This document shows, piece by piece, positions 12,181 through 26,031 of a stretch of 62,308 bases of DNA. The notes below the pieces were generated by a model that worked only from the letters and a program-made list of their open reading frames with translations, searched no databases and had not been told where the DNA came from. This DNA is from Catajapyx aquilonaris (lineage: Eukaryota): positions 1-62,308 of the forward strand of contig KZ538894.1 of assembly GCA_000934665.2 (NCBI GenBank). Direction: 5' to 3'. A program made the position numbers and the translations under genes. Position 1 is the stretch's first letter, and each line of letters starts with the position of its first letter.

Positions 12181-13404
12181 AATGCTTCATTACAATATTT
12201 AAGTGTTTCAGAATGTCACCTAATATTGAATTACAATTTCAGATATTAGTGTTTAAAATCGAATGGTACAGCAATTGGTGTTGGATTATTATAATTGCAA
12301 TTAATATTAGGGGTTTTAAAATGAACTAATTAAACATTTTTGATCGTAATTATTTGCAAATTAATAACAACGCGTTCGTACAGTAGTTAAAATTATGCAA
12401 TATTGTCAAATAATATTTAACTCATAATGCTAAAATGGGCCTATAAAATTAATGCAAATTAAAATATGATAGATGATTTAATCCCACCCACCAATGCGAT
12501 ATTTCTCAAATTAACACTTTAATTATCCATCGCACGATATCTCAAAATATTTCCAAATAATTAAAATTCGGTAATATTGTCACCAATAAATTACAGTAAT
12601 TCACTAATAATGCCGACTCAATCCCAGTTAAAATTTGTCCATTAATGTATATCAAAATACGCGTATTATACTTAAATTTGGTAATGTCATTGCATATCGA
12701 GGAATAATTCTCAACTTTTTAATATTTTAAAAGTTTGACTGCGGATGATTCAGAATATTTTGTAACAAATTTGAACAAAAGACGCCATATTCTCGCTCGT
12801 AACTAGTTAGCAACAAGGCGTTAAACGTGTTGACGCAGTTGTAACGAACAAAAATGGCGACGTGGCAGCCAGGAAAGTGTCGTGTAAACGCTCTCATCCC
12901 AAGGACTCCGAGCAACTGAGCAAACTATACGCTGGAGCTCTTTTTTTATCCCCGCTTTTATTCGCAGTTATTCGCCCAAAAGCCGGCTAGAGTGAAGACT
13001 AATGCTGCTTTACCTGCCTCGCCAAATTTCCCCCCCCCCCCTCTTTTCGCAACACTGTATCTGTCTGAAGCAAAAGCGGAAAATTCTGTGGCGCCTTTGA
13101 TGCAGTCGATTTCCTCCTTGTCTGCTGCCAACCTTTAAAACCTCAAACAATAAAAAAGCGCCTTATCTTGTGGCCTTATGAAGGTAAATTCGCGCCTTTG
13201 GCTTCAAGGGCGTTTTCTCGCAAAAGCCGGATCGCATTGTGATGCCAGCACCCCCCAAGCGAGGGGGTTGTAAACCTCGCTCAAGCACAAAAGAGGATAA
13301 GGAGATCCAAACTCTCAAACATCGCTTCCTGCTGGGCCTCCTTTCAAAGCGAGACAAAAACATACGGGCCAAAAGTCCCTCGAAATCATGCTCCGATCAA
13401 AGCG

Positions 13405-14130
13405 TCCAGCGATTTTTCTGTCCGCTACATGGCACTAGCGATTTTATGCAGCGATTTCTAGCTGGAGGAAATTATCGCTTCCGTGGACCGGCGAGTGATA
13501 TCTGTCTGGCGATTTGGTGGAGCGATTTCTATCCTGAAATAAATATATTGTCGCTTCCATAACCACCGAGCGATTTCTAAGCTGGAGGAAATCATCGCTT
13601 CCTTAATCCAGCTAGCAATTTGTTGCTCTCAATTTTATGGAGCGATTTCAGCCTGGATGATATTATCGCTTCTGTAAATCAGCGAGCGATTTCTAGCTCG
13701 CGATATTCTGGAGCGATATCTTGCATGGAAGAAGTGATTAATTCCTTAATCCTGTGGACGATATTTTGCTCGAGATTTTATGAAGCTACTTCTTGCCTGG
13801 AATAAATATTATCGCGCCCATAATCCAGCGAGCGATTGGTTTCCCGCGATTTCTTGCCATGCAAAAATTAACGATTCGGTGATCAAGCGAGCGATTTCTG
13901 ATTTTTAGCCTACAGGAACTTATCGCATCCTTACTCCAGCGAGCGATTTGTTGCTCGCGAGTTTCTGGAGCAATTTCTATAGCCTCGACGAAGTCATCGC
14001 TTCTGTGATCCAGTGAGTGATTTGTTTCTCGAAAATTTGTACAACAAGTGAATCAGGATAACTGTAGCGATTAACGCAACTTGAGGCCAAACCGAGCGAT
14101 TTTATTCCCAGCATGGCGATATCGCTAATT
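13405..14130. repeat. Degenerate tandem repeat with GAGCGATTT / ATCGCTTC motifs
   Basis: More than 15 recurrences of agcgattt and atcgcttc in alternating orientation. Confidence 0.75.
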
Positions 14131-14425
14131 GTAATGGTCTCTCCAGCAGACAAGAGCGTCCAGCTGATCGCGGCTGAATGGGATGCGTCGCTCGGAGTTC
14201 AAATATTGACACAGGCCGCATGGATTTGGAAGCTTTAACTTGTGTAAACAACTCCGGTGCTATGCATATCAAACATTGGGGGAGGTGGGGGGTTTAAGAG
14301 CACAATGGGGCAGGGCCCCTCAATGCCCCGGGTCCCCCCTTCATCAACTTTTATTATTAAGCTCGAATGGGGCAACAATCGCACAATCATCAGCAATTCA
14401 CAAGTCCTAATGGCTCGATCCTCGC

Positions 14426-14716
14426 AAATCTAGAGCTATTCCAAGTAACTGTTACTAAAAGGGCCTGTTAGTAACAGTCACTTGGAATAGCTCTAGATTT
14501 AACAGTTACTTGGAATAGCTCTAGATTTCACAGTTACTTGGAATAGCTCTAGATTTCACAGTTACTTGGAATAGCTCTAGATTTCACAGTTACTTGAAAT
14601 AGCTCTAGATTTCACAGTTACTTGGAATAGCTCTAGATTTCACAGTTACTTGGAATAGCTCTAGAATACACAGTTACTTGGAATAGCTCTAGATTTAACA
14701 GTTACTTTAAATAGCT
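14426..14716. repeat. 28-bp tandem array beginning with a fold-back unit
   Basis: Unit cagttacttggaatagctctagatttca about 8x; 14426-14458 is the inverted copy of 14468-14500. Confidence 0.95.
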
Positions 14717-14726
14717 ATGCGAAGAT

Positions 14727-14795
14727 CAATTCACCGCCCAAGAAGCGCCAAATTTCTTGTCACAAGAAATTTGGAGCTTCTTGGGCGGTGAATTG
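14727..14795. repeat. 69-bp near-perfect palindrome
   Basis: caattcaccgcccaagaagcgccaaatttcttgt-c-acaagaaatttggagcttcttgggcggtgaattg; 34-bp arms, 1 mismatch. Confidence 0.95.
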
Positions 14796-14962
14796 TGTTG
14801 GTGTCATCTGTATGGCTTTTGGATGACCGCACCAGACACTGCCGATCATGTGGCCCTGCCAGGCGCGGTGCGTCGCAATTTCCCGATAATTATTGTGGGT
14901 TGTGTATCCGCCAATAATAGCGTCCGTCTTGTGCGCCGCACGAACGTTATTGTGGCTTTGCC
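14793..14962 (-). mobile_element. Dispersed repeat homologous to the interior of the 46945-47475 element
   Basis: ctgtatggctttt, gtggccctgccagg, ttattgtgggtt, gtccgtcttgtg and aacgttattgtggctttgcc all match 47077-47287 in reverse. Confidence 0.75.
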
Positions 14963-15610
14963 AATTTGCCTGTACTAATGAAGGGCGCGTTTGATACCCG
15001 TTTGATACACATTATAAGGCGTGTATGTCATCAGTTCCGCATAACATTCCCTATTGAGTCCGGTATGAGAAGCGAAGAGGATCAAAGTTTTCCAGCCATC
15101 ATCCATAAATCCTTCCCTATCTAGCCTCAACTTGGGTTTTTTTTTTGTTCCTTATCTGACGGAATGAAGCCCTGCCAAGATTTCCGATTCCGGGAGAAAA
15201 CCGCAGGAACAACGGATAGATCAAATCCTGACTGGAATGCCACCCCGGATTTTAAGAACCCTGCACTCGTCTAGCTTCTTCCATAGACTCGTCCTGTATA
15301 CAGAGCAGCAAACCTCCCAACCGGACTCTCCGTATAAATCGGCCCCCCCGTCTTTTCGCCTCTTTTTTTTTTATTGGCCCGGAACAACTGCAAGAAGCCA
15401 GGTCATATCTTAAGAAAAAAAAGAGGAGGATTGGTGGCGACATGGGAGAAACTTGTGTCTTTCTAGATGTACGGCATCCTCTCGATTACACGAGAGACGG
15501 AAGAAGGACAACTGCTTTTGCAGGAAAATATTTTACGAGAGGAAGGTTTCCGGGTATCTATTCTCCGGGAAGGAAGTTTATTAGACAGGGTGAGTCTGAA
15601 AGGCGGTCCC

Positions 15611-15733
15611 GTGGTGTCATCTGTATGGCTTTTGTGTGACCGCACCAGGCCTGCCAGGCACGGTACGTTGTGTTTTTCAGATATGTTTTAGTTGCAAGGG
15701 TGGCAACCCAACGAACGTTATTGTGGGTTTGCC
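15611..15733 (-). mobile_element. Second, deleted copy of the same dispersed repeat
   Basis: ggtgtcatctgtatggctttt..gaccgcaccag..cctgccaggc..acgaacgttattgtgg shared with 14793-14962. Confidence 0.7.
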
Positions 15734-16284
15734 AACTTGTTGAAAAAAGCGCACAAAAAAAAATCACCACGTTAAATATCAACATCGTTGTGTACTGGCT
15801 TGCATGAGCGACCGTTAAGCACACCGGTACGGTCCAATGGGTGTTTCCTCCGATGATGCGCCCAATACACACCTGCTGGGTCCGATATTACTCATAAACG
15901 TACAGCACGTCCTGTAAACAACGACCGGTTTTTGGGGGGGTCCAACCTTGTTGTTCCAATCAAATTCGGTGGGGAGAGACTGATGAGCCAACCATAGGTC
16001 TAATGCTCCGGAGAGAGAGAAAAAAAAATCCCCAAAATACGAGGCGGGGCATGTAGTTTGAAAAAGGGCCTCTCTCTCTCTCTGAGTAATTGCATTTACG
16101 GTTCTGAACCGTAAATAATAAACATGGCTATAACAAGGGCTCGTCAAAAATATGGCGCGTGTCGCTGGCATTATCCGAGCCCCATTTCTCCAAGGGTCAG
16201 TTTACAATCTGGCAGGCATTGCATTTGATCGCCAGAAAAAAACCCGGGCCCTGTTCAATATGTTGCGAAAAAATAATAACTGTC

Positions 16285-16323
16285 CTCTCTGCGCACCACT
16301 GATGACTCACCGCGGACAAACAG
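16285..16323 (+). mobile_element. Dispersed CTCF/AP-1-motif repeat family copy (3' module only)
   Basis: ctctctgcgcaccactgatgactcaccgcggacaaacag. Confidence 0.65.
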
Positions 16324-18087
16324 GTACAGATCCTATCAATTACGAATTTTTATTAATTATTACTTTCAGTTTGATTAGTCTGTTTTATTATATTAGTTAA
16401 CACTAGTCACTATTATATTAGCCAACACTAGTTGAAAACCAGGATGAAGTGGCCAAAACATTTTGAACCCCATAGTACATTACCAGCACTATCGAGTATG
16501 TTTGTAGGGTAAACAACTCGGCATTTCCTTCCTCGTTGACCTTTGGCTTTGACAGTGCATCATCCCACACATAGCCCTTGATTAGACGAACTTGCCAATA
16601 TTAAGATGGCCCGTCAAAATCTGAGCAGGGCCAACTGAAACGTCACATCCGCCACCATGCCATGCTGCCATAGACATGTTATTGATTGGGTTGATGGAAT
16701 ATGAAGGAGGCATCATCAGGTTGGTTCCCACACAAAGCAGGCGGTTAATCATCCCCCTTTCCAAATTTGGGCCACCACTTGGCAGCCCACAGGAGGAGCA
16801 GGACATATCCCCTCTCCTGCCTCCCTGCCATCCCCCCCTCCAGTTGTAATATCTACTTGTCTGGCACTGTTACCAATCCCTTGTCTCCTCCCTTCCCTTC
16901 CCTAAAGGATTGCATGGAACACGTGTACCTAACTAATGGCCTAGCCCGCAATGGAGAACAGTGGTCTCTCGCCCTATAGAATCTCGTTGCTTCAAAACTA
17001 CTCTAAACTGATGCCAACGTCACTCGAATTCAACCGAAAAACTGACAATTTTTGCATCAAGTTCCCAGGCACAAAGTTAGGTATGTTAATCAGACTCTCA
17101 GGAGTGCCGCCATTTTTGGTCCTACTAACCATTGCTGCTTCAATATTAGGACGGGTTGTAACGTTATACGGAACATCTGCCTTTCACGAATGTTAACCAT
17201 TTTTTTTTTTTTTTTTGAGAGCACAGAGGGGTGCAGATGACCACCCACATTTTTGTTGCTCTCAAAACCCCTCCGAATTGAGAGTTTGAGCGACGTACAG
17301 TGACAGCAAGCAAATTCGAGGGATGAGGACGAACATTCTCCGGACAGATATCGCCTCCTGTAGTCGCCCAAACATTTATTCAATGTGTCAACTTTTGACC
17401 CAGTTTTATTTCGCATGAATATTTATCCCAGAATTTTTTTTCGCAAGTGGTTCCAGCGGGTCAAAATGGCTCATTTTTTTAAAATAGCAAGTACAGTGTG
17501 TTTCGTAAGTTTGCTCACACCTTATGGATGTGAGCTGACTTATGAGACACACGGTATTGGGCGCCGGTATCTATAAGCCAGTAAGTTTCTTGGAAGCGTC
17601 AAATAGTCTGAAATCATGTCTGATCTCGTGCCTTGTTTCAATTATACGATTGGTCGATCCGGTTTTACACGCTCCAGTGTTGCCAGACACATATTATATT
17701 TATCGTTTGCGGCCCATTTGAGTTTAATTAATTAAAGGTTGATGCCAAAGTGCTGCTGCAGGCGTTTCCCCTTGTCTCAGGCCCGGGTATTTGCCAATGC
17801 AGACAGAGAGAAAGGGAAATGGGAGCAAAATGGTTTTGAGCCAATCAGCTTAATGACTTGGAGGTTGTCTTTGTAAAGGTCCGCATCAATAAAAGCCACT
17901 CCCAGCCTGCAGCCCTGCTTAAAAAGAATGGGGGGGACTCAAATGCCACCCATCCCAGACTCACTTCTCTCACTTTCACTCCCCCAACCTCAAGACTTCA
18001 ACTTGTGCCATTTGCGCTCCCTTGTTCTGTTCCGGACATTGTTCAAAAGTTGAGGAAAATGCACGCGTAGGGTGTCCACACCGGAAT

Positions 18088-18945
18088 ATAGGGAGTCCAT
18101 ATATCGACAGATATCGATACTCAGTGATTAAAATGAATCGATTTTTTTTGTATCAACGCATTGATTCTAAGATACGTATCAACAAAAATGCGAAACTTTG
18201 AAAGATGGCTACCTAGACATGACTTTCGATATATTGATAAATGCGATTGGTCAGATATCGATATTATTTTTAATATCGAAAACATTATTTTTAGATATCA
18301 CAAATATTTTTAGATAGCAAAAATGTTATTTCTAGATATCACAAATGTTATTTGAGATATAAAAATTGTTTTAGATATCAAAAATATTATTTTAGAATAA
18401 TATCGACAAATATTATTTTTAGATATCGACAAATATTATTTTTAGATATCGACAAATATTATTTTTAGATATCGACAAACATTATTTTTAGATATCGATA
18501 AATCATATTTCTGATATCGATATGATTTTTAGCTATCGTCACGTATCGACAAGTAAGATATTTTCAGATTTCAAAAATCTTTGATTTTGATAAAAAATTA
18601 ATTTCATAAAACGATATAAATTATTTTCAGATATCGATAAAAATTATTTTAAATATCGATATCGGTAATGGTGATGGTTCGGATATCGATAAAAATTAAT
18701 TTTTTGATATCGATAATGGTAATTTTCAGATATCGATAAAAATTATTTAAAAAAATCGATCATTGTGATTTTTCAGATATCGATAAAAATTATTTTCACA
18801 TATCGATAAAAATTATTTTCAGATATCGATAAAAATTATTTTTAAATATTGATAATGGAGATTTTTCAGATATTAATAGATAATTTTTAGGTGTTAACAA
18901 AAATGACTTTAGAATATATCAAAAACCTTTCAGATATCGATATTT
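18088..18945. repeat. AT-rich GATATCGA(T/C)A tandem repeat (~22-24-bp unit)
   Basis: Units such as aaatattatttttagatatcgac and aaaaattattttcagatatcgat; about a dozen TATCGATA octamers. Confidence 0.85.
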
Positions 18946-21400
18946 CACCACATCAATTAGTTTTTATCGTAAAATGTATTGATATGTATTTCCTGTCATA
19001 CGTAGATCACGATTTAAACATAAATTTCCAATTCAGATGTCGATTATTATCTTTACCGGTGATCGAATGCTCGTCCATATTGATTTTTTTTGAGTGAAAC
19101 AATTGGGCAGACATACCCTCTGACTGAGTACAAAAAAATTCCGTTCCATATGTCACCTGGTCAACTTTAATTACGTACATCGAGCGGTGTCAGGCACAAA
19201 AAAATGTCATTGCAGCAAATAGCCCTTCCACTAAAAAAAAAGGTAGTGCAAAAAATTAAACCGAAGGTTAATTCCGGGTCAGTGAAATGTCGAGGGGGTG
19301 GTTCAATATGGAAGCGACGCTTATTAGAGTAGCGAGCAGTCCTTATTGACACATCGGCTCAATATCCTACTTATCAAACAAGCGTTTACATGCGTTCCAA
19401 CCGCCAACATCGGACAATAATAGTTACGGCTTTTTTTTTGCTTAGAAACCAAGGTTGCTGGGAGTAAACGGGTCTTGATTTTGGACTCTGAGTTGAGCTT
19501 CCAACCAAAAAATTCGAAGGAACTTATGCCCGGAGCGTCAGTGGAGCCAATACCTCCGGAATTCCGGGGCAGATTTTGGGGAACGCAGCGGGCCGCAGAG
19601 AATCGCAACCTGAGGGCACTTGCTCATCCCTGGCCCATCCCCAGCGCGGCCAATGGCTATCACTCACTCAACCTGGGGCCTGCCTGCCACAGCCAATTGG
19701 CCACTGCTCTCAGATTCACGTCTCCAAAGAGCCTGGCTTAAATGCTCGGTTAGGATGATCCTTAAAGGGGGAGAATTAGGGCTGCCAACATCGAATCTAT
19801 GCTCAAATAGCGGTCTTATAATACTCAGGTACGATCACTCCTATCCCAGCCTTATGGATACCCCGTGCTGTTAGCTGGGCAACTCCACTCTCTACAGGTT
19901 TGCCTAAACGGCACGGGAGTTTCCATAAGGCTGGGGTAGGACTGTCCGGAGGCTGGCTCGAATCATGCTAACAGTAGCGCTGAATTCAGAACCGACATTT
20001 TCTAACGGACCGAAATTTATGTTGGGCAATGTACAAACGAGGCCATTTTCTAACCCGCCAAACTTCCACCACATTGAACCGTGACAATTACCGTCAAGTT
20101 CTCTAACGCGTGATTGAAACCAAGTGCTCCACGGTCAATGTACTCCAAACTGCACACATGCGGGAATGAAATTAAGCCGCGCACAATGTACCGCACGAGG
20201 CCGTCCATCACCCTTCTAGTTTCCACCCACAGCCATCTATCTACCTATAGAATATTTATAGTCCTTGTATTTTTATTCCCGTCCCAAAACCTGGATCAAT
20301 TTCTAAGCCTATTCCCGTCGGCCATGTTGTACGATCTCAATAATGGAGGTCGGGTTATAATTAGATGCAAAGAACCTTTAATAGATCAGGCCTGACTGTT
20401 GAGTGGCAAGCTAGGCCCAGCTCTAGGCCTAGTTTTAAAGTTGTGGGGGCCATCATGTTCGCAACCCCTGGATTAAATATGGCACTTATTAGAAAGGACA
20501 CGTCCCATATGCTCACTCTATTAGTGGCCATACTTGACTGTAATCATATGTGATTACAGATTTTCCAACATGTTCATAACGATTACTGGACGCCATTTTG
20601 AATTCACTGACCTGTTGGCAGCCATCTTGTTGAGCACCAAAATTTCACCTCATTTCTGTTGAAGTTTGGTCACGGGTTATGCCTCAACGGGCCCATTATC
20701 GGTCCTGTGTTTCATTCCTGCTCCACATATTTATAGCACTCGAGCGTACCTGAAGCACCCAATAGAGTGTCCCCCTCCCCCCCTCGATAGGCGGTTCAAT
20801 TTTCGCGCTCTCCATAGTCGGTTTCATCTCGATTGGAAAATATTCCCCGGCTCCATCCCAACAAGGCCTCTTTTGAACTGATGTGTTCGACCCATATGAC
20901 TGCAATAAAAGTGCATGCGAGAGGGTGGGGATTTTTTTTCTGCCAAAAAAATTACACCCCTCCCCACCCCACCCACTATAGTACTAACTGTTCGCTAATA
21001 AATCGACGCACGTGGAATGACAGAGGGAAACAGGTTGTTTTTGGTTTGGGCGAAATGAAATCGCCAAGCGCTTTTCAATATAAAAGCACCTGGTGACAAC
21101 ATGAATTACGCAACTATTCCTGCAAAATTGGTTCCAGCATTAATGGCCCTTTTTTGGGGGGGCTAGGGGAGAGGGTCGGTTACGCAATTGAGTTATTTTG
21201 TGTGTGAAAAAAGTGCAATTTGCGACAAACACTCGCCCGCATTGTTCGGAGCAACTGTGTCAAAAACTGAACTCCTATAGTCATATAGATGGTATGCAGT
21301 ATGCAGCACTATCTTTCACCCGATGTATTAATTTATTAACTATCTAATATATTAAGCATTTGATTTATCGATTTTATTATTTAAACTGCCCGGTCCCCTG

Positions 21401-21533
21401 ACGTAGTATCATGACCCTCGTACAGATGGCGCCCATCCCCTTTCGACAAATTATTAATGCCGTGCGAGTAGTCGTGGTACAGTACTATACATGCGCTGAT
21501 GAGTCGGCCTGGCCAGGACAAACAGATACACAG
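21401..21533 (+). mobile_element. Dispersed CTCF/AP-1-motif repeat family copy
   Basis: acgtagtatcatgaccctcgtacagatggcgc...gtggtac...gctgatgagtc...ggacaaacagatacacag. Confidence 0.65.
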
Positions 21534-23284
21534 TCATATTTTTCAAAATTGCGAATTGAGCTGACCATGCAAAATTTCGATTTTGGCGAGATTGAGCTGG
21601 CCGCTTCATTTGCAAAAAAAAAGCAATGATGGGAGATGGTGAATATAAGCACTGGAAAAGTTAGTCCCCAAGTTTTTTGGGGGAAAGCAGCCTCACTCAT
21701 CCGGTACATTGATTTTTGCAGTTCATACCAAGGCGACCCGTTTGCGGAATTTAGCAAAACCTGATAGCGGAGTCAGGGGACTATGAAAAGGGGCCGGAAG
21801 GTGGGTATAGGGGAGGGAGTGTTATGCATAGATTTTCCAAGAGAGGGGGGTGTTGCCTGAACTCAACAATGGCAAAGTCCAATAGTGGTATAGGTGGAGA
21901 GGGATAATTACATAAACTATGCAACTTCATCAACGGAATCGTTCCGCGCTTTGCACATACCCCAGCGCATGATACTGCATAGCCCAACAGACCCCCCAAA
22001 AGGGGAGGTGGGGTGGAAACATAATTATTTAAAATGCTGTTAAAACACTCCTCATGCTTTGTGTTAATTTATCGGCCTCTGCGCAACACCCCGTCTGCGA
22101 ATACTAAGGAGAAACTCGGAGGAACTATAGCAGTGGACGTAATAGCTAAGGTAAACAGCAGATGACGAGGGAAAACGTCAATTGCGCATTTTTTTTGCAA
22201 AACAACATTCATTACGAATTCACTGTAAGTAATTTATTTCTATAATATTTAGGCTTCATTCATCCTGCAAAATTCTCATTGAGATTAATGTTGCAATATT
22301 GGACGACCATTAATATTTGATTATGTTCGTTCATTTTTGCAACAGCAAATGTGATTTTTTTACGATAGTCGTGTGACATCCACTTTAAGCAGAAATTCAA
22401 TTTTCTGCCAAATTGTGGCCTTGAAGCATCGTGAGTGCAAAAAAAAAATCACCCTCATGACCATTACTCCCCCTAACATGACATGGAGGGGTGGCGCAAC
22501 CCCTGAGTTAACGCAATTAATCCTGGCGTCGTCACTAATATTCGCCAACTAGGTTTTCTACCCCGGGTCGAGTGGCCACGAACCGCGAAAATTTTTGCAA
22601 TATGGCCCCAGTCCGAAGCGGGGGAATGGAAAATTGACATCGGAACGAGGGGGGGGGGGGGGNCAGTCAGTCCAGTCACGATGTGTGGGAGGTTATAATC
22701 TGCGAGGTAATTCGCTGCTCATTTTCCGCCAAATGAAACCCATCGTCAGCACATGAGGAAGAAAATGGCCTGTAGGTTAGGTCCAAAAGGTTGTGTTTTT
22801 TTTTCGTTTCTCGGTGAAGTCCCAGCTGCCACCCACAAGTTTGCAAAAAAAAAAAGAGAGAAAGAGAGAGGAAAAGTCTCTCGGCAGCACTTGCGAATAA
22901 CACTTTGGGGAATCGAAGAAGCACCGTAAGGCAAAGGGAGGCCTTCCCCACAACTGGAATCCAATTGGAAAAGAGCGCAAAGTTTTTGGCCAGTTCCCTT
23001 GCAGATGAGCCGCAATGTCCATCAAGCCTAAATCCTCCGGGGAACAACCGCAGGGGGGAAGGGGAAGCCATCTTGGAATAGAGTTTTTTTTTGCAAAGGG
23101 GGGAAAAAAAGGTGGGGTAGTTTCCATTTCCAGGCAAAGTGTCTGAACCATTTCAGGATCCGGTTCACTTGGCGCTCTTCTTGTCATTCCGGAGATGCTT
23201 CATTACCATTCTCATCCCGGATTGTCCTCCAGGAGAGCCAACCAAAGAGTGATTGCCAAGGAATTCTTTCGTTATCCATATTCC

Positions 23285-24033
23285 ATACATAAAAGGCAAA
23301 GTACGTTCATTTGTTCGTCGCATGTCCATGTCATACCTATTTTATACTCTAGCGTCTAGCCTAATAAATCCGGCAATTTTTTCTCCATTTACCCGCATTT
23401 ACCCCATTGGGATTTGCCATAACCTTTAGGGGGGTGGATTACCACCATACGAAATTGGAGCCGTATAAGAAGCTCTTAATTAATTACTCCAGGGTAGGTA
23501 GGAGGGGATGTGCAAAGTGCAGTGTCTCTAATCGTCATTTTGTGAGCTCCCCCGGGTGGCTTAGAGTGTCGGAAATTGCCACCCGAAATAAAGCCAGAGA
23601 TGGCCCAACTCTGCACGGATAAAGGTGGGAACCCCGGGTGGGGATCGAACCCGGGACCTTAATATCCGTGGGCGCGTGCGTTACCGCAGCGCCACTTCAC
23701 CTCCCCAAAATCGGGCAATAATTAAAATAGGTATGATATTTACCTTTATCATTATAAAAGGCAAAGTTTGTTTGTTTGTTTCATGTCCATATCGTACCCA
23801 TTTTATACTGTATCCTAATAAACGGGGTAGTACTTAAAATGGATAAAAATGGGTATGAAATGGACAAACAAATAAGCATACCGGTACTTAACCTTTTATT
23901 ATTTTATTACTTATACGTTTTTATCTCTTTATTATCGTAAAAGGGTAAAGTTTGTTTGTTTGTCCATTTCATGTCCATTTTACACTGTAACAAAATGGGT
24001 GTGAAATGAACAAACAAACATTGTCTTTTATAA
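23285..24033. mobile_element. Helitron-like/(GTTT)n-containing repeat units in direct and inverted orientation, interrupted by a SINE
   Basis: ataaaaggcaaagtttgtttgtttg..tccat..ccattttatactg units near 23290, 23755 and 23938; inverted units near 23846 and 23993. Confidence 0.5.
23378..23706 (-). mobile_element. tRNA-derived SINE, family 1, copy 2
   Basis: Reverse complement matches 1913-2236; near-TSD aaatc(c/g)ggcaat at 23366-23377 / 23708-23719. Confidence 0.9.
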
Positions 24034-25694
24034 TGCGCAATGGAAACCCGAATATATATGTTACAATATGAAATGAAAATTATATCTAATTTTCATACGT
24101 GAAATTATTGCGATATGGTAAGATGTAGTTTCGGAGGGGATGGAAGTGTCGTAGGCTGTACTCGCGTGGTCATGATTAGGAAACATCCTGCATACGAGTA
24201 CGACTTCTTCTTCTTCTTTTTTCATTTGCAAGAGTTTGAGCCTTCCTTCTGGGGTGTATGGGTTGAAGCAGCTTTTACTGCGCTTGTTCCCCCAGCACTT
24301 CCCAATACAGATTATGGCGCCCTGGTATTTCCGGGAATAGAACAGACCCTGTGAGTCGGAGAGGGAAACGAGCCCGCTTTCCCCCCAAAAAAGCACTACT
24401 ATACAAGAACCGACCAATACGCTCTCCCTAAAAGAGATAGAGAAAGAGACCAGAGGAGGTATAAAGACCTCTAGGAGCTTACTCACGTATTGGGGGGTTA
24501 AAAAAAGAGAAGGGTCTTACTCAATGAAAGGATGGGCTTAGGCCATTTCATTCGCAGTGGGAAAGAGAGAAAAAATGGGTCGCGGGGAGAGAAGCCTCCG
24601 AATTTGTAGCCAATTACATTGGTTGTTACACAAATTCAATTCCGGGTCTGGGGGGATTGGGAGATGTACTCATGTTAATGGAATGGAATCTGGGTGAATT
24701 CAGAGTCCTTTTGGAGACTACACGAGCCCTGTCTTCTATTCATGTGTCCGGTTCGAGTGGACCAATATGAATGGCATCCAAAAGTAAATACATCCAGTGG
24801 AATCGCATCTAATCTGATTCCATTTTTTCATATTCTATATAAGTGAATCGAAATGAAAATAATATAGCATTCGTAAAAATATTTGTCACAAAAAGTGAAG
24901 AAAAAATGAGCATTGTAATATATCATATTACAATGCCTTCGTCATGTCAATGTCGTAACGCTAGAGAATTTCGGAAAAGCAGCGTGCGCCATCTACCGAT
25001 TTCCTTCCCAACTTCTTGCACAAAACATACCTTTGTGACAAGAAAGTGATAAAATGACCCAAAGAAAATAAATTGAGATAAATTAGATGAGAACACAATA
25101 ATGAAAGACTAGTGAGCGTATCAGGTAGAGAGCAGGCGCTAAACGTCCCCTTGTAAACACTTGGAAAGTTGCTTGTTAGAGTTTGCTTCGGCGGCTATTG
25201 GAAAACGATACTTGGAGAGACGATGGCTTCTGAGTGCTACCGTAACGCTGCACATGCGGCGGTGGTAGAAGAGGAGGCAGGGAAGGATGACAGAGAATGT
25301 CAGTAGAGAGATGGTCTACTACCACCAGCCACCACCCTTGCCTGTATAGGTTGGCCACAAACACCACCCCAAAAGGACCACCAAGGCAACTCAGACGGAG
25401 CCAAAACGCATAAACATCCAAAACCCCTTCAAAGAAAAAATAAAGGAAAATAGGGTTTTCCATCAAGTTACGTTCCAAGGAACCCTTCTTCTTATCTCCA
25501 CTTTGTGTTGCGGTTAACGAATTTGACGTCACCGGATGCGGGGCTAGCCGCTTAATGCTCCTTTACGGCGATTGATCCTCATGTTTTCTGCTTTTAAAGC
25601 CAACAAGTACACCACACAGATATAAAGTGGGCAAGAAACTCGCTTAAATCTATTATTTTCCTTCATATAACTCCCGATTTAATTTATTCATTCG

Positions 25695-25736
25695 ATGTAG
25701 TACAATCACATAGCTGATGACTCACCGCGGACAAAT
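25695..25736 (+). mobile_element. Dispersed CTCF/AP-1-motif repeat family copy (collapsed)
   Basis: atgtagtacaatcacatagctgatgactcaccgcggacaaa. Confidence 0.7.
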
Positions 25737-25854
25737 ATATAGTCGTATAGCAGGCTCTTTTATTTTATTAGCCTATTAATTTAATTTAAGTTCACTAATA
25801 CTTTTATTTCATGAAATGTATTTTTATTCATGCTATGTAGCCTACTATATATCA

Positions 25855-26031
25855 TTTGTGTAAAATATTGTTTATGGAATGTATTTTATTTATGTAAAAC
25901 ATTGTTTATGAAGTGTCTTTTATTTGTGTAAAATATTGTTTATGAAGTGTCTTTTATTTGTGTAAAATATTGTTTATGTAGTGTCTTTTATTTGTGTAAA
26001 ATATTGTTTAGGTAGTGTATTTTATTTACGT
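25855..26031. repeat. 34-bp tandem repeat, about 5 copies
   Basis: taaaatattgtttatgaagtgtcttttatttgtg at 25861, 25895, 25929, 25963 and 25997. Confidence 0.9.

Noticed and set aside
21495..21525. Hammerhead ribozyme-like CTGATGAGTC...GACAAAC (family motif CTGATGACTC...GGACAAAC)
   Set aside because: Lacks the invariant GAAA after stem II, no stems I/III with an NUH site, and other copies cannot form stem II
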